64,000 nucleotides of DNA from Penicillus capitatus (GCA_965649825.1 OZ287707.1:238192-302191); one strand, 5' to 3'. Positions 24,196 to 39,891 are shown, counted from the stretch's first letter. Made by a program: numbers and translations. Notes: generated from the letters alone by a model not told the origin.

Positions 24196-27120
24196 TTACA
24201 GTAGTGCCAGATTTGGATCTGGAACGCCTTCTGGGACTTCGCCGACGGGAACGGCATCGGTGATCTGCAACGTCCCGCTGTCTGTTTGTCCCCAATGCAC
24301 GATGTAGGTCACATTTGTAATCGGATGCATAAACTCCTCTTGGCCGATTTGAATCTCGACCTACAGGGGGATCGTGTCAAAAGGCCAAAAACAGAGCCGT
24401 AGACTTACGGTTGATCCGTCCGTGAAAGGAATGTGCATGACAGAAACGCCGCCGGCGCGCAGAGCTTCGATCTCGGCGCTGCGGGCAATGTTGAGGAAAA
24501 CCTCTTCCAATGTGGTCAATGACAAATGGATGTCGCCGATGCCAAGTTGTTCCTGATCCTTCTCTAGCCCCTCTAAGAAATCCGGCAACACAGATTCCTT
24601 CTCGCGTGGGATGAGGTAAGTGATATAAGCGCGATTCTCTTCGCGCGGTTGCAGACCGAGAGCCTTCGCAAAGAACGCCTTGATCTTGTCGGTGCTGTCT
24701 TTCTCCTGCATCTGCGAAGTGGAGCCGACTTTCGTGGAGACCGAGATGGCATAACCGGCACCAAATTTCTGTTTCAGTCGAATACTGCTGCCGATGGCGC
24801 GGACATTGCCACGTGCCATGATGCAGATGCGGTCGCCCAGGATGTCTGCTTCTTCCATAGAATGCGTCGTCAGCACGATGGCTCGACCCGGTTTCGCCGC
24901 TTCGATGATATCCCAGACGTAGCGACGGGAGATGGGGTCCATCCCTGTCGTCGGTTCATCGAGGAAGACGATTTTGGGATCGCCTAAGAGGGCAATGGCA
25001 ACGGACAATCGTCTCTTCATCCCACCACTGTAGGTTCCTGCCCTCTGTCCCGAGGCGTAAGTCAAGGCGACTTTGTCCAGCAGAGACGTAGCTTCGCCCT
25101 TTACGTGTCCAATCGGAATGCCCTTTACTAAACCAAAGATCCAGAGATGTTCCATTGCTGTCAAGGATCGCCAGAGAACGTCAAACTGAGGACAGACGCC
25201 CATCATGGAACGGATCTTGTCCATGCCACCCGGTTCCGTGATGGAGGATCCGTAGAGAAAAGCAGCGCCTCCGTTTGGCGGCAGAACACCCGTCAAGCAG
25301 TTAATCGTTGTGGTCTTGCCCGCTCCGTTGGGACCCAACAGACAGAAAAGCTCTCCCTCGTCGATGGAAAACCAGTTACCCTTGATGGCAAAGAAATCAC
25401 GGCCGAAGCGTTTCTGCAAACCGAAGAGCTCCATGGCGCGACCCTGTGTCACGGGCTGCCCTTCGGCATCCATCGATTCCTGCATATGCTTAATCTCTTG
25501 CTGCACGTCTTCATCAATCTCTCGGGTCACATCATCATATGTTCTCAGCATTTTGAAGAGGTTGTGCCTGAGGCCTTTGACTTTGTAGCCCCAGTAACGC
25601 GGATCGATCAGGTAGAAAGGATGCAGCCGCACACCGTACTCGTTGGGGATGACTCTTTCGATGTAGGCCGCCAGCGTCACGTAGCCCAGAAACAGCACCA
25701 GCAGGATCCATAGGATGTGCCCCACTGGCATCACACAACTGCAGTCGATATAATCATCACTGTTCGCCGCTTCCACCTCGCACTCCTCATCACCGTCTTC
25801 GTCCCGACAGTAGGAGAATCTCTGCGAGAATGTCAGTCCATCGTTTTCCGAATTGGACGTGGCCTGGGTCAAATCACCGACGCCCTTCATAAAGACGTTC
25901 CAGGGCAGCATCGTAAAGATCACGGTCAACGGCATCAGTTTGTTAAAGTACTCTGAACTGTAAGGTATGTCAAACTGAATCACCGTGTACGTCATCCATC
26001 CCAGGACGAAGACCATGAAACCGAACATCGTCGCTATGACCACTTTATTGATCAGCGCAGAGAAGACGAATCCGATCCCCACCATCGACAGCTGGAAGAG
26101 AAAGAGCATCAAAAAGATCAGCACGAAACTGTTCTCCAGAAAGAACTTGAATTGGAAGATGCAGCCAAAGGCGATGTTGAGAAGACTGGTAAAGATGTTA
26201 AGGAAGATTTCCCAGACAGCCCAGGAGGCCCAGTAAGAAGAGTCCAGCATCCCCATCGTCCTCAATGCCTGTTTCATGCCGCTTTGCTTCTCGGCAACCA
26301 TGGCGTTCATTTGCGTGACCACGCCAAACATATTGGCTGCAAAGAGGAACGGACCGAGCAGTGTACCGGCGACAGAATTCGTGACGAATGCTGGATGCGG
26401 CCACTCTTTGTAGGACACACTCCATTCGATCTCCTCATCCGATGCGATCGTCCCGTTCTTCATCATGTGATGCACAGCGACGGCTCGTTGGATGGCATTC
26501 TGCAAAGGAATCTGGAAAAAGAAGTTGGGATCCTGAAAATCGTCTTTGAAATATTTCACAGTCGAATTCGTCTGCAGCGTAAAATCGATCCATTTCATAT
26601 CGTTGCTCACATTAAAGTGCACAGCGCCCAATGCACGTTCAGGATTAGCGAGAAACCATTGATTGATCTTATCACGGTCGTCAAAGTACTCGACACGGTC
26701 TTGAGGAATGGGCGGGTCGTTCTTTGTGCGTATAAAGTCGACGATAGAGTGAATCGTCTCGAGGGCGTCTGCATGCGGTACGTCGTCCGATGCCGTGACG
26801 GAATATAGAAAGTTAAGGCAGTCGCCTCGGATGTAGAGGTCTTCTTCGCATCGCGGGATATCTGTAACGGCTTCGGCTTTCGGATGACGTCGCACTTTGG
26901 TGTCTTCGGTAGCGCGTTCGTTTGCCTGTAGCGCTTTGTCGATGAGCCAGACCAGCAGAAGGAAGATGAAGGGAGCGGCGAGACGGACGAGTGTTGCTTT
27001 CCAGTTACGCCACGAGACAAGGACGTTCTTCCAGAAGAGAGCGCGAAACTGTTGCTGAAATCGCTGCGACCAATCAGTGTGCACGCGTTCCGTCTTGAGA
27101 GTACGTTTGGCGTCTTCCAT
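24196..27120 (-). CDS. ABC transporter subfamily A (plant ABCA2/ATH-like half transporter); one 3' intron
   Basis: Has an ABCA TM domain (EKQSGMKQALRTMGMLDSSYW), Walker A GPNGAGKTT, signature YSGGMKRRLSVA, Walker B FLDEPTTGMDP and TTHSMEEADILGDRI. The last exon is VEIQIGQEEF...PNLALL*. Confidence 0.95.
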
Positions 27121-27241
27121 GCTGCGCACAGTACGATGGCCTTGGAGACGAGACTCCTCAAGAGGATTGTGTCAATTGCGTAATCCTCAGCTGAAATGAG
27201 ACAAACAAGGAAAAAGATGATGTACGACGGAATTGAGCGAC

Positions 27242-28241
27242 ATGCAGCTTCGTGCACGTTCACCTCTGAAAGAAATGCTGATGCGGATAGCGCCACGTGG
27301 AACAGACGCTGTCGGATCAAACTGGACGGCTAGGCGACGAATCGCTGGTATCGTGTTTGGACAGTCAAAAGGGATGTCAGCGTTGGAGGAGCTGCAGGAA
27401 GAGAAGAGACGCGCAGTGTTGGAAACGACGACGAAAACGGGTCAGTATTCGACCATGACAGACTCAGAATCCACTTTGCCTTGCTCTAGTGGACCGGATC
27501 GACTACACTCGGCCACTGAAGATCGTCAACTATCCAGACCCACGATTACGACTGCCGAATGCCAAGATTGGTCTTCCTGCCGAAGGGATCGAAGCATTGG
27601 CCAAAGATATGTTCGAGATGATGTACCAGTGCGTGGATTCTGTTGGGAATGTGTGAGATGCGTGGACTTTGCCGAAGCTGTGTTCTGTAGAGATGATGGC
27701 ATTGGACTGGCGGCGCCGCAAGTCGGTGTCAATATTCAGATGATGGTTTTCAATCCGCAGGGCGAAGAGGCCAAGGGCGATCCGACTCAGGAAGTGGTCT
27801 TAGTCAATCCACGACTGCTGAGCACCAGCAAGACTGTGAATTTCTACGAAGAAGGCTGTCTCTCCTTTTATCATCCCACCAAAATTGTGGGCGCCGTCCA
27901 AGTGTGACCTCACTCTTTCGATAAGTCAATCCGTTCTGCGTCCTCGATGATCGTAGAGACCGGCGAGCATCAAAGTCAAGGCACGGAATCTGAAAGGAGA
28001 GAAAGTCACGCTTTCACTCGATGGCTTAGCTGCCAGAATCTTTCAGCACGAATTTGACCATCTCCAAGTAAAGAATGAAGATTGAGCATGGCTAGGTGGC
28101 TGATTGAGATGACAGGGGGTTCTATTCTTTGACCGGATGGCGCCAGATGTCTTGGATACGCTGCGTCCCGATCTGCGTCGGTACGAGGAGGAATACCATC
28201 AGCACCATCCAGAAGTCCATTTCGAGCGTCTCTTTTCTTAG
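27242..28241 (+). CDS. def: Peptide deformylase (organellar, PDF1B-like)
   Basis: Motifs YPDPRLR, DGIGLAAPQVG, EEGCLS and ARIFQHEFDHLQ|GVLFFDRM are present. Confidence 0.93.
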
Positions 28242-28322
28242 AAAGGCCGCCACTTGGATAAAATGCGTCTTGTTGCATTTGGGTCGCCATTGAAGGCGTT
28301 AGCCTGTCTTTGTTCGACCATC

Positions 28323-30891
28323 ATGTCGTTCAATTCTCCCTTGGCATTTTTGTTGTTCACTGTGGTGTCGCTCTGCGCCATCGAGGCCAAAGAGGACGTC
28401 GTTGTTAGCGAGATCCAGCGAGAAGTAGGTGGACCTGTTTGCCTCAACGACGCGACGTTTTTCTGACGCGTGTCGACCGACAGCACCCTGCTCTCGTACA
28501 TACACAGCACCCGACTGAAACACGCTCTCGTGATGTCAGATCGATTTGAGCAAGAGCTACGTCGAAGTGTTGACAAAAATTCGATTCCGCGTCGACACTG
28601 CAGCATCCTTCTCACAATTCGTCATATGCTCCAAGAAACGCACAGCAAACCATGAAGCTTACTTCAAGGCACATACCCAGTAGTTATCACATGCCTTTCA
28701 TGAGAGATGGCTGGCATTAGGCTGTGTTCGGGGACAGGCCAGACGGAGATGAACTGACGACTGTGCCGATAGATAGGAGAGTGCATACGGATATGCCAGA
28801 GAGTGTGCTATGCAAAGGAATACGATTACCTGAAGCGTCAAGGCGACGTGATGAGGATCTGCATCTTCGCATCAAGGCTGTCTACACCGAGATATTGCAT
28901 CCTTTACCCGAGACCGTTCGTCAGAATGAGGGACAGAAGATGATGTACCGTGACAATCTGTATGTCCTGCTCCCTTACACAGTCCAGTTCGAGATGACGA
29001 CGGTTTGGCCAGAGTCGTGCACGATGGGATGTCTCAATAGAGTGCGTATCCTGTAGGTGGTCACACCAAAGGCAGAGGTGCTGTCCAAAACGATGACGGA
29101 GCCCTTTCAGCAGAGGGAAGAGAAATTGGTATATGGACCGTACAACGACATTCCTCCTTTCAAACTTCAGCCCCTCGCTGTGCATTTCGCCCAAGACGCT
29201 CTCTTTGCAACGGTGCTGTCCCATCACCTCCTCCGCTGCACATTGTGGGACGGGTGTGACGATTTAGGCGATCCAGGTGGTGAAGGAAGTGCAGGTCTCG
29301 CTCTGGGGCAACATCTATGTCGAAGAAAACTACGAAATCGTACATCCTTCCGCCTTCTCTGTTTTCACGGTCTCCTGCGCCGTCCATGTCTCAGGAGAAT
29401 ACAGGGGCGAAGTTGAAAGGCGTATGGTCACGTCTGGACTACGCAAACAACCCGTCACCTCGAGATGCCGTCATCCGGGTATCCGAACCTGCTCTCCCTC
29501 ACGCATGGTTGACATGATGACCCACTGGACGCAGGAATTTCTGGCCGAGGTTCCACGCAATGCAGATTCTATGTACTACAACGATGCGATCGGCAATATC
29601 TCGACATCCGTCATCAGTCCGACATCAAAATCGGTATCTCCATCCCCTACCCCTCTCTTACGCATGACATCTCGCCTTTTAGCTGATGGCGGTGCTCAAA
29701 CCACGTTATCCCTTGTTCGGAGGATGGAAAACAAAATTCCGATTCGGTAGATTCGCCTTTGAACCAAACCGTTACTGATGGATATCGCACATCTCTAGGA
29801 TACAGTGTCCCACTCTTCGGTGTCTTGCTGCATCAAGGGAACGGCAAACACGTGTTGGCGTTTGATTACTTTCCCTCTATCTCCAAGCTCGTCATACGGG
29901 ACTACGAACTGAGAGTAGCTGTCGATAACACATCTCCTCCAGATCTGCTGAAGCGTGCGACGCCCAGGTGGTCTTGCCAGATGGATCGTCCGAGATCACA
30001 CATGATATCCCTTTCGAAGTGGAAAGCATGTTCGATACCAAACACTGGTACTTTGATTACGTGGGACGTCCAGTCCTGGTCCTTCGCAAGCGGAATGTCG
30101 TCCCACACTACAACGCAGCTGTTCACGTACAGTATCGTCCGACATTCATGGCAGTCTATCGCAAGATCCTGCTCTTCATAACAAGTCACGATCCCAATGC
30201 CTTGCCAACTCTCAACACGTGTCTGTCCAGCTGTGTTCTGCGTGTTTGCTTCGATCATCGTTTTTCTGCGAATGGATTTCGAGATCGTGGGTCACAAGGA
30301 AGAGAATCGGGAGAAGATCCAGACGGTTCTCCGTCGAATGAAAGGACTCTTCAAGGAACACCAATCCAATCTGGACGAACTGCGATCGTGCATAGCCCAG
30401 ATGAAGAACAACCATACGGCGAACAAGACAAAGGACTTGAAGAACAAGATCGAATCGAGGCTAAAGAAAATTGAATCGCAGGTGATGCTCTCACACAATT
30501 TACCATCATCAGGATCGTGGATGTCACACTTTTGCAGTTGGAGGAGTGTGTTACCTCACTCAAGGCGGCGCAGTTCAGCAAGCTTGAAGATATGATGGAG
30601 CTGACGACCAAAGCGAAGGAACTGCAAGTCCGATCTCTTTCTGTACGAGACTCGCCCATCTCACTCTTCCGTTTGTGTGACCATGAAGAGTCAATGCTTT
30701 AAGCTCTATAACAAATTGGCGGGACTGTTAGAGACGAAGGCGCACAAAAAGGTGTGCTGCTGTTCCTCTGTCTCTTGTTGCTGACGGTTGGTTGATAGGA
30801 CATCGAGTCGGAGATCCAGCCGCTCGAGAAATTTGTGTCCCATCTGTCGGACGGCGTGCAGGATTCACGCTATAGTTTATCCCTTTCTTGA
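28323..30891 (+). CDS. RPN1: Oligosaccharyltransferase subunit ribophorin I (OST1/RPN1), many introns
   Basis: The signal peptide MSFNSPLAFLLFTVVSLCAIEA is followed by VVVSEIQRE|IDLSKSYVEV, VQVSLWGNIYVEE, YYNDAIGNISTS, PRYPLFGGWKT and YFDYVGRPVL, then a TM helix and a coiled-coil tail. Confidence 0.93.
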
Positions 30892-30976
30892 TCTCGGCCA
30901 TCGATGCGGTCGACACTAGATGAGATTTAAGAGTCCCGATTTCGCATTTCGATTTCTGACGATTTTTCTCGCGCCA

Positions 30977-34073
<3,097 letters not shown>

Positions 34074-34115
34074 ACGGAAAACATCGCAGCAATACTCAAT
34101 AGACGGGATACGTGC

Positions 34116-35010
34116 TCATACACCAAATCTCTGCTGTGTCTGCCAGAATCGACCCAACGTGGCAGAGAACTGCGAAAATCGAAGGGTGTTTAGTGGACCC
34201 AAGTAATAGATTTCACTAAATCTGGAATGCCATGGAGGACAAAAAGCAAGACTGAACACAGGACCCGTCACACAGATGATGTCTGGCTCCAAAACAGCCG
34301 CCTCGCCGAACACAGCCGCCATCTCATTTCTGAGCATCTCCATCGACAGATCCGTGCTCCAGTACTGATCCACATCATCGAGGCCCCGATAGCCCTGTCT
34401 CTTATTCTCTTGAATCTCTGGGTAAGACGCAGCCTGTAACAGAGGGGAGAGCGAGTCTCCTCTGCTCAAGAAATGCACGACCTGTGTTCCTTTCTCTGCA
34501 CAACGCCATACAGACGACCGATGGAAAGAGTGGTATCGTACGTTTCTCAGCAGACATTGTCTGCTTTTCTATAGGCGTCCATCCTGATGTGCCCGTAACG
34601 CACAGTTCTGGACACTCTTCTCGCACACGATGCACGATGGCATCACTCTTTTCTTTGAGAACGCCTAAGAACCATAGATACGATGCTCTGGGAGCAAGGA
34701 CCAAAGGTCAGTGACCATTAGGATCGAACATAAAGATATATTCGAGGCCCATGTTCAGACACCAACACAGCAATTCCACCACAGCCGAAGTCTCTGTGCT
34801 GGTCAATTGGGGCTGGGACACAACAAGGGTCATCTTTTTCAAAGCTACCGGTTTCCGTCCAGTATGATTCGAACAGGAGCTCCCCGTCGATCGCAGGACA
34901 TACACAGATACCAATGCCCACAGTCGTCGCATCAGGCCAATCACGATCAACAGAAAACACAGGAGGCCTCTGCTGACCCATCTCAGCAGCCCGGAGGTGA
35001 GATACGCCAT
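34116..35010 (-). CDS. NUS1: cis-prenyltransferase partner NUS1/NgBR
   Basis: An N-terminal TM segment is followed by LLCWCLNMGLEYIFMFDPNG and EPDIICVTGPVFSLAFCPPWHSRFSEI, ending in the RxG-type QQRFGV*. Confidence 0.8.
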
Positions 35011-35068
35011 AGAAAGGCAATGGGTGCCGTACAGTCCGTTAACGTTTCTTGATCGACCGTGCTTAGTT

Positions 35069-36436
35069 ATGGCCCGTTTCTTACGGAGATGCGCTTTGAC
35101 TCTAAGGCAATCGGCCAAAGGCCGATCGCTGGTGCAGAGAGAAGTGGACACCGTGTTGCCGCTTTGTCAGGGCGACTGTCGACGAACTCTGTCGACGAGA
35201 GTCCTGTTCTCTGAAGTGCACAGGGCAGAGGAAGGACCACGCGTGCTGGATGGACGCCGTGGCGCTGCCCTCTGGCTTGAAGAGCTTCAGCCCAAAGTCC
35301 AGTACATCTCACGCGTTCTCAACAGACCCCCACGTCTCTCCGTTGTCCTGGTCGGCAATCGACCCGATTCGCAACTCTACGTCCAACGCAAGGCCGAGAC
35401 CTGTCAAGAAGTGCATGCATTTCTCGATGTCATCGCCAAGCGAATGACACGATCATGAACAGGTCGGGGTCGAGGTCGAGACACTGCGACTGGCGACGAC
35501 CTCGACACAGGAAGAGTTAGAGAGGACGGTCCGTGCGACCTGCGAGAATCCCGAAGTCGACGGCGTGTTGATTCAGCTACCCTTGCCTCCACACATGGAC
35601 GAGGACTCCATGACCAATGCCCTGGATCCATGGAAAGATGTCGATGGCGTGCATCCTGTCAACATGGGGTCGGAGCATAAAGAGTGAGAAAAGTGTGATA
35701 AATGTTCGCGTGTAGGCATATGCTGATGCGTGGACACTGTCCAAGATTTGTTTCGTGCACTGCACTCGGCTGCATGCATCTGATGAAGCTGAACGGTATC
35801 GAAATTGAGAACAAGACGGCTGTGGTGGTGGGCGACTCAAACTGCGTCGGCATTCCGCTCTCCGTTCTGCTGCGAAATGAAAACGCTGCTATTGTCTCGG
35901 TCTGTCACGGAATTAGCTACAAAGAGTGGGCATCTCGACTGCAGCCACTTAGCGTGTCGTGGATGCATGGATGGGTGTGTAGGTTGTTTGAAGATCCGGA
36001 GAGGATTCAGCAAAGTCGTGTCGAGGCCGATACCTGCAATCCAGCTTTGCCAGGTCCCATCGATCGATGGAGCATCGATTCCATGGAAAAGCACGACGCC
36101 CAATGTCCCATCGAGCGCAACGTCCATCTGCCGAGCATCACGAGCACAGCAGATATCTTGATTGTCGCGGTTGGCTGGCCAAAGCTCGTGAAACGTCACT
36201 GGGTAAAACGCGGAGCCGTTGTCCTTGATGTCGGCATCAATGTCATTCCCAACAAAACTGGCCGACCCAAACGCAAAGCCCGTATCGCAGGAGATGTCGA
36301 TTTTGACGAGGTATCTCATGTGGCCTCTGCCATTTCACCTGTACCTGGAGGGATCGGACCTATGACCATTGCAGCCGTTGTCCATAACACCCTTCAGGCG
36401 GCGCGCTGGAAAATGGACCGAACATCCGTGCCTTAG
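35069..36436 (+). CDS. folD: Bifunctional methylenetetrahydrofolate dehydrogenase/cyclohydrolase (FolD), organelle-targeted
   Basis: Motifs LSVVLVGNRPDSQLYV.RK, VDGVLIQLPLP, KDVDGVHPVNMG, VVVGDSNCVGIP, ADILIVAVG, GAVVLDVGIN, GDVDF and SPVPGGIGPMT are present. Confidence 0.93.
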
Positions 36437-36473
36437 TTGCAAAATCTCTTCAAAATCTCTTCGAATGTACTTG

Positions 36474-36478
36474 TTACA
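36474..36478 (-). promoter_or_regulatory. TGTAA polyadenylation signal downstream of dUTPase
   Basis: The minus-strand TGTAA lies about 43 nt past the dUTPase stop. Confidence 0.5.
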
Positions 36479-36520
36479 GGCATGCGTTCAAATCCCCGTT
36501 CTTGAGGGACACCAACCACA

Positions 36521-37267
36521 TTACTGAGTGGTCGGCTGAGAGGTATCGGCCGCCGGCGGATCGTTTACCGTATTTGTGACGTCCGTTGCAACCCCGGTCG
36601 AGCCGAAACCCGCTTCGCCACGCTCCGTCTCGTCGAGTTCTTCGACAACTTCCACTTCGGGCGTTCGGATCACTTCGATTACGAGTTGCGCCACACGGTC
36701 GCCTCGCTTCACTATCCACCACAACGGCGTATGGACTCGTGTTCTGGCCAAAAGAGCGACGCCGTATGGGGTTACCTTTGAATTCGGTATCCGAGTGGTT
36801 AAAGAGGCAGACGCCGACCGGTCCGCGATAGTCGCCGTCGATGACGCCTCCGCCGACACCGATGCCAGATTTCACAGCGAGACCGGAACGCGGAGCAATT
36901 CTGCCGTAGGTTCCGTCGGGCAAGGCGACAGCAATGTCGGTCTGGACCAGCATCCGTCCACGTGGCGGAATCGCATAGTCGTTGGCACTGCGAGCACACA
37001 CGTGCGTCACGAACAGCGTCGAGCAATAGGAGCGCACCTGGCAATATCATATCCCGCTGCTTGACTTGAGCCGCGCTTTGGCGCTACGGCGTTCTCGGAG
37101 AGGAGCTTGACTGAGAGTTTGACGTTCTTCGGTCGACTGGGCGACACGACTTTGCGTTTCTTCGTGCTGCTCGTTTCTTTGGACGCCGAACGGGTCGTCG
37201 GATCGGTCGGATGGAGGGATGCCTTTTTGCCTGGAGAAATGGAAGCGGCTTTCGAAACAGACGACAT
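36521..37267 (-). CDS. dut: dUTP diphosphatase (trimeric dUTPase), two introns
   Basis: Motifs [32 protein letters not shown] and [10 protein letters not shown] are present, with a basic NLS-like N-terminus (TKKRK). Confidence 0.95.
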
Positions 37268-37389
37268 GGCAACGGCGAAGACCTTCGAATAGATATTCGG
37301 CGATCGAGAAAGACAAGACATGTCACATCTACACCGCCTTTTCGTTTCCCTGTCACAAATCATGACCATTGAGCAATATCAACGTGCAT

Positions 37390-38625
37390 TTAAGATAAGA
37401 GCTCCACCAAAGCCGCCAACAAGGTCTCGATCTCCTCTTCTGTATTGAAGTAGTGCACAGAGGCACGTATGATGGCTTCGAGATCCATGTGCTCAAATTT
37501 GAGACGTGTTGAGGTGCGTTTGGAGATGCTGACGTTGATGTTGCGTTCTCTGAGGAAGGAACAGACGGAAGCTGCATCGAAGCCATCGACCGTGAAGCTG
37601 ATAATGCCACAGAGCTGTGGGCAGTGATCATGGAGATGGACATTGGGCAGCTGTTCAAGGCCACGACGCAGTCTCTCGGCTAGATGTTGGATACGATGGG
37701 CGATCCATTCGATTCCAATCTCCAGACAGTAAGCCACGGCGACACCGAATCCCACTTTGGCAGCAAAGTTCAGTTCGTACTGTTCATAACGCCTCGCATC
37801 GGGTTGTGGCGAATAATCTCCAGCCGCATTCCATGTGGCACCACGCACATCCATGAAGGCAGGTTCGTGCCACGCCTGGGCTGCACGAGAGGCATAGAGA
37901 AATCCGACGCCTCGGGGTCCTCTGAGAAACTTGCGACTCGTGCCTGATAGGAAATCGCATTGGATGGACTGGACATCCACTGGGATCTGACCCGTGCTCT
38001 GACAGGCATCGAGAAGATAAGGTATCCCATATGCCTTGGTCATCTGCCCGATGCCAATGGCATCGTACACGGCTCCACTGCTCGTGGGAATGTGTGTCAG
38101 TGCCAAGAGTTTGGGTCGCTCCCTTGAGAGTATGTCATCGATGCGATCCAGATCCAATGAACCGTCCGATCGTTCAGGGAGAACGCGAATCCGAATGCCG
38201 CGCCGCGATTGGAGCTGCAGGAAATTGATATAGTTACTCCCGTATTCATTGGGCGTCGTGCAGATCGTATCATCCCGTTGCCATGCCATGCCGAACACGA
38301 CTTGTTGCCATGCCGTTGTTGCACTGGGCAGAATCGCGATCTCATCGGAACGACAATTCAATAACTGCCCCAGTTGTCCATACACCCGTCGCTCCTGCTT
38401 CCCATACCTCTCGAGGCTCTCATAACCGCCGTACGTCGCTTCTTGACGATAGAATGCCTCAGTAGCGCGTATGACCTCGCGACAGGGCAGAGAACAACCG
38501 GCGTTGTTCAGATGAAGGACACGACCACATCCAGGCGTCTCGCGTCGCATACGCGCAACCGACCAGTCATTTGGCGCGATCGATAGAGACCCCTTCATGA
38601 GCAATGCACATCGCGAGAACACCAT
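37390..38625 (-). CDS. Class-V PLP-dependent aminotransferase-fold enzyme (cysteine desulfurase/C-S lyase-like), intronless
   Basis: Motifs LHLNNAGCSLP, YLLDACQSTGQIPVDV, the PLP-lysine loop SGTSRKFLRGPRGVGFLY and IRASVHYFNTEEEI are present. Confidence 0.9.
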   Translation of the reverse strand: MVFSRCALLMKGSLSIAPNDWSVARMRRETPGCGRVLHLNNAGCSLPCREVIRATEAFYRQEATYGGYESLERYGKQERRVYGQLGQLLNCRSDEIAILPSATTAWQQVVFGMAWQRDDTICTTPNEYGSNYINFLQLQSRRGIRIRVLPERSDGSLDLDRIDDILSRERPKLLALTHIPTSSGAVYDAIGIGQMTKAYGIPYLLDACQSTGQIPVDVQSIQCDFLSGTSRKFLRGPRGVGFLYASRAAQAWHEPAFMDVRGATWNAAGDYSPQPDARRYEQYELNFAAKVGFGVAVAYCLEIGIEWIAHRIQHLAERLRRGLEQLPNVHLHDHCPQLCGIISFTVDGFDAASVCSFLRERNINVSISKRTSTRLKFEHMDLEAIIRASVHYFNTEEEIETLLAALVELLS

Positions 38626-38635
38626 AGGCAGTCCA

Positions 38636-39424
38636 TCAGTTCGACAGTTGAGATTCGAGTTTGTTAAATTCCTCTATGCCAACCTGTTCAGCTTCGTTCG
38701 TCGCTTCCACCACTTCTTTGACTTCTGGAATGTAATGCCGCAGCATGTTCTCGATGCCTCCTTTGAGTGTGGCACTCGATGAGGGACATCCACTGCAGGC
38801 GCCGACCATCTTGACGGTCAGGATGCCGCTGGTTTCGTCGAATGCTTGATAAATGACGTCGCCGCCATCGTCCTGTACGGCGGGGCGAATGCGCGTCTCG
38901 AGGATTTCTTTGATCGCGGCGACCACTTCGTCATCGTCTTCTTGAATCGTCGTCGCCGGATCGGCCGCAGCATCCAGAAACAGAGGCTGTCCCGAACTGA
39001 AGAAATCCGTCATCGCCGCAAAGATATCGGGTTTAAGGACACGCCACGAGAAGGCATCACTCTTGGAGACCGTAATAAAATCAGATCCAAAGAAGACGAG
39101 CTCCACGCCCTCAATGGTAAAGAGCTTTTTGGCCAGGGGAGACGCCATGGCCTCTCGCGGCGTCGTAAATTCCCGCACGCCTTCAGACATGACTACCTGC
39201 CCTGGCAAAAACATCATGCTCGAAGGATTGGGCGTTGTCTGTGTCTGGATGAAGAGTCCTCTGCAAGGGACGCCGCGGTCAAAGAACGAACTGCGCCATG
39301 TGTCTCTTCCGCCAAAGGATGCGACGTTAGGCAACGAAGAGGGAGGCGATACGTCCGTCAGACGTAGCAGCGTCGAAGCGAGGGGTCGTATTTGACGGGC
39401 GATACGTCCAACAGTCCGAAGCAT
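38636..39424 (-). CDS. NFU1: NFU (NifU C-terminal-like) Fe-S carrier, mitochondrial type, intronless
   Basis: A presequence is followed by LFIQTQTTPNPSSMMF, SPLAKKLF, IKEILETRIRPAVQDDGGD and GACSGCPSSSATLKGGIENML (CxxC motif). Confidence 0.95.
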   Translation of the reverse strand: MLRTVGRIARQIRPLASTLLRLTDVSPPSSLPNVASFGGRDTWRSSFFDRGVPCRGLFIQTQTTPNPSSMMFLPGQVVMSEGVREFTTPREAMASPLAKKLFTIEGVELVFFGSDFITVSKSDAFSWRVLKPDIFAAMTDFFSSGQPLFLDAAADPATTIQEDDDEVVAAIKEILETRIRPAVQDDGGDVIYQAFDETSGILTVKMVGACSGCPSSSATLKGGIENMLRHYIPEVKEVVEATNEAEQVGIEEFNKLESQLSN

Positions 39425-39499
39425 TAGTTCTCGTGGGAATGGACCAGATGCGCATTCGACTTCATTCTCGCTTTGGTTCATTGATTCTTCTCGTCGACG

Positions 39500-39891
39500 A
39501 TGGCCGCGCAAGATGATAGCAACATACAGAGACTCCTCGAAGCCGAGAAGAAGGCGCAAGAGATAGTCGGTAAGGCGCGCAACGCCCGTGCCGAAAAGAT
39601 GAAACTCGCAAAACAAGAGGCCGAGAAAGAAATCGCCGCTTTTCGGTAAACCGACTCCGAGGCACGTCTAGTAAACCCTCACGACCGTCGCTGTGCCTTA
39701 GTGCGGAGCTCGAGTCCGAACACAACAGCAAAATCGCTGAGAGCAGCAGCACTTCGGATTCGACGTTCCAGGAGCTCGACAAAGATACGCAGACGCAGAT
39801 TCACGCCATTACGAATGGCCTGCCCACCAAGAAAAAGGAAGCGGTGGATATGCTTGTGTCTTATGTGGAAGCCGTCGACCTTGCTGCTTGA
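39500..39891 (+). CDS. VHA-G: V-type H+-ATPase subunit G
   Basis: MAAQDDSNIQRLLEAEKKAQEIVGKARNARAEKMKLAKQEAEKEIAAF|RAELE...KKEAVDMLVSYV, with one intron. Confidence 0.92.

Noticed and set aside
24649-27320. ORFs overlapping the ABCA gene (24649-24987, 25147-25713, 26152-26808 plus; 26607-27320 minus)
   Set aside because: They are antisense or alternative-frame shadows of a long, well-supported CDS and have no recognisable motifs.
28238-28615. 125-aa minus ORF whose TAA overlaps the PDF stop codon (TTAG)
   Set aside because: It is antisense to ribophorin I exon 1 (signal peptide from ATG 28323), intron 1 and exon 2, so it is most likely a shadow ORF.
36521-37267. dUTPase as a viral or retroelement marker
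   Set aside because: It has two spliceosomal introns, an NLS-like N-terminus and housekeeping neighbours, so it is an ordinary host gene.
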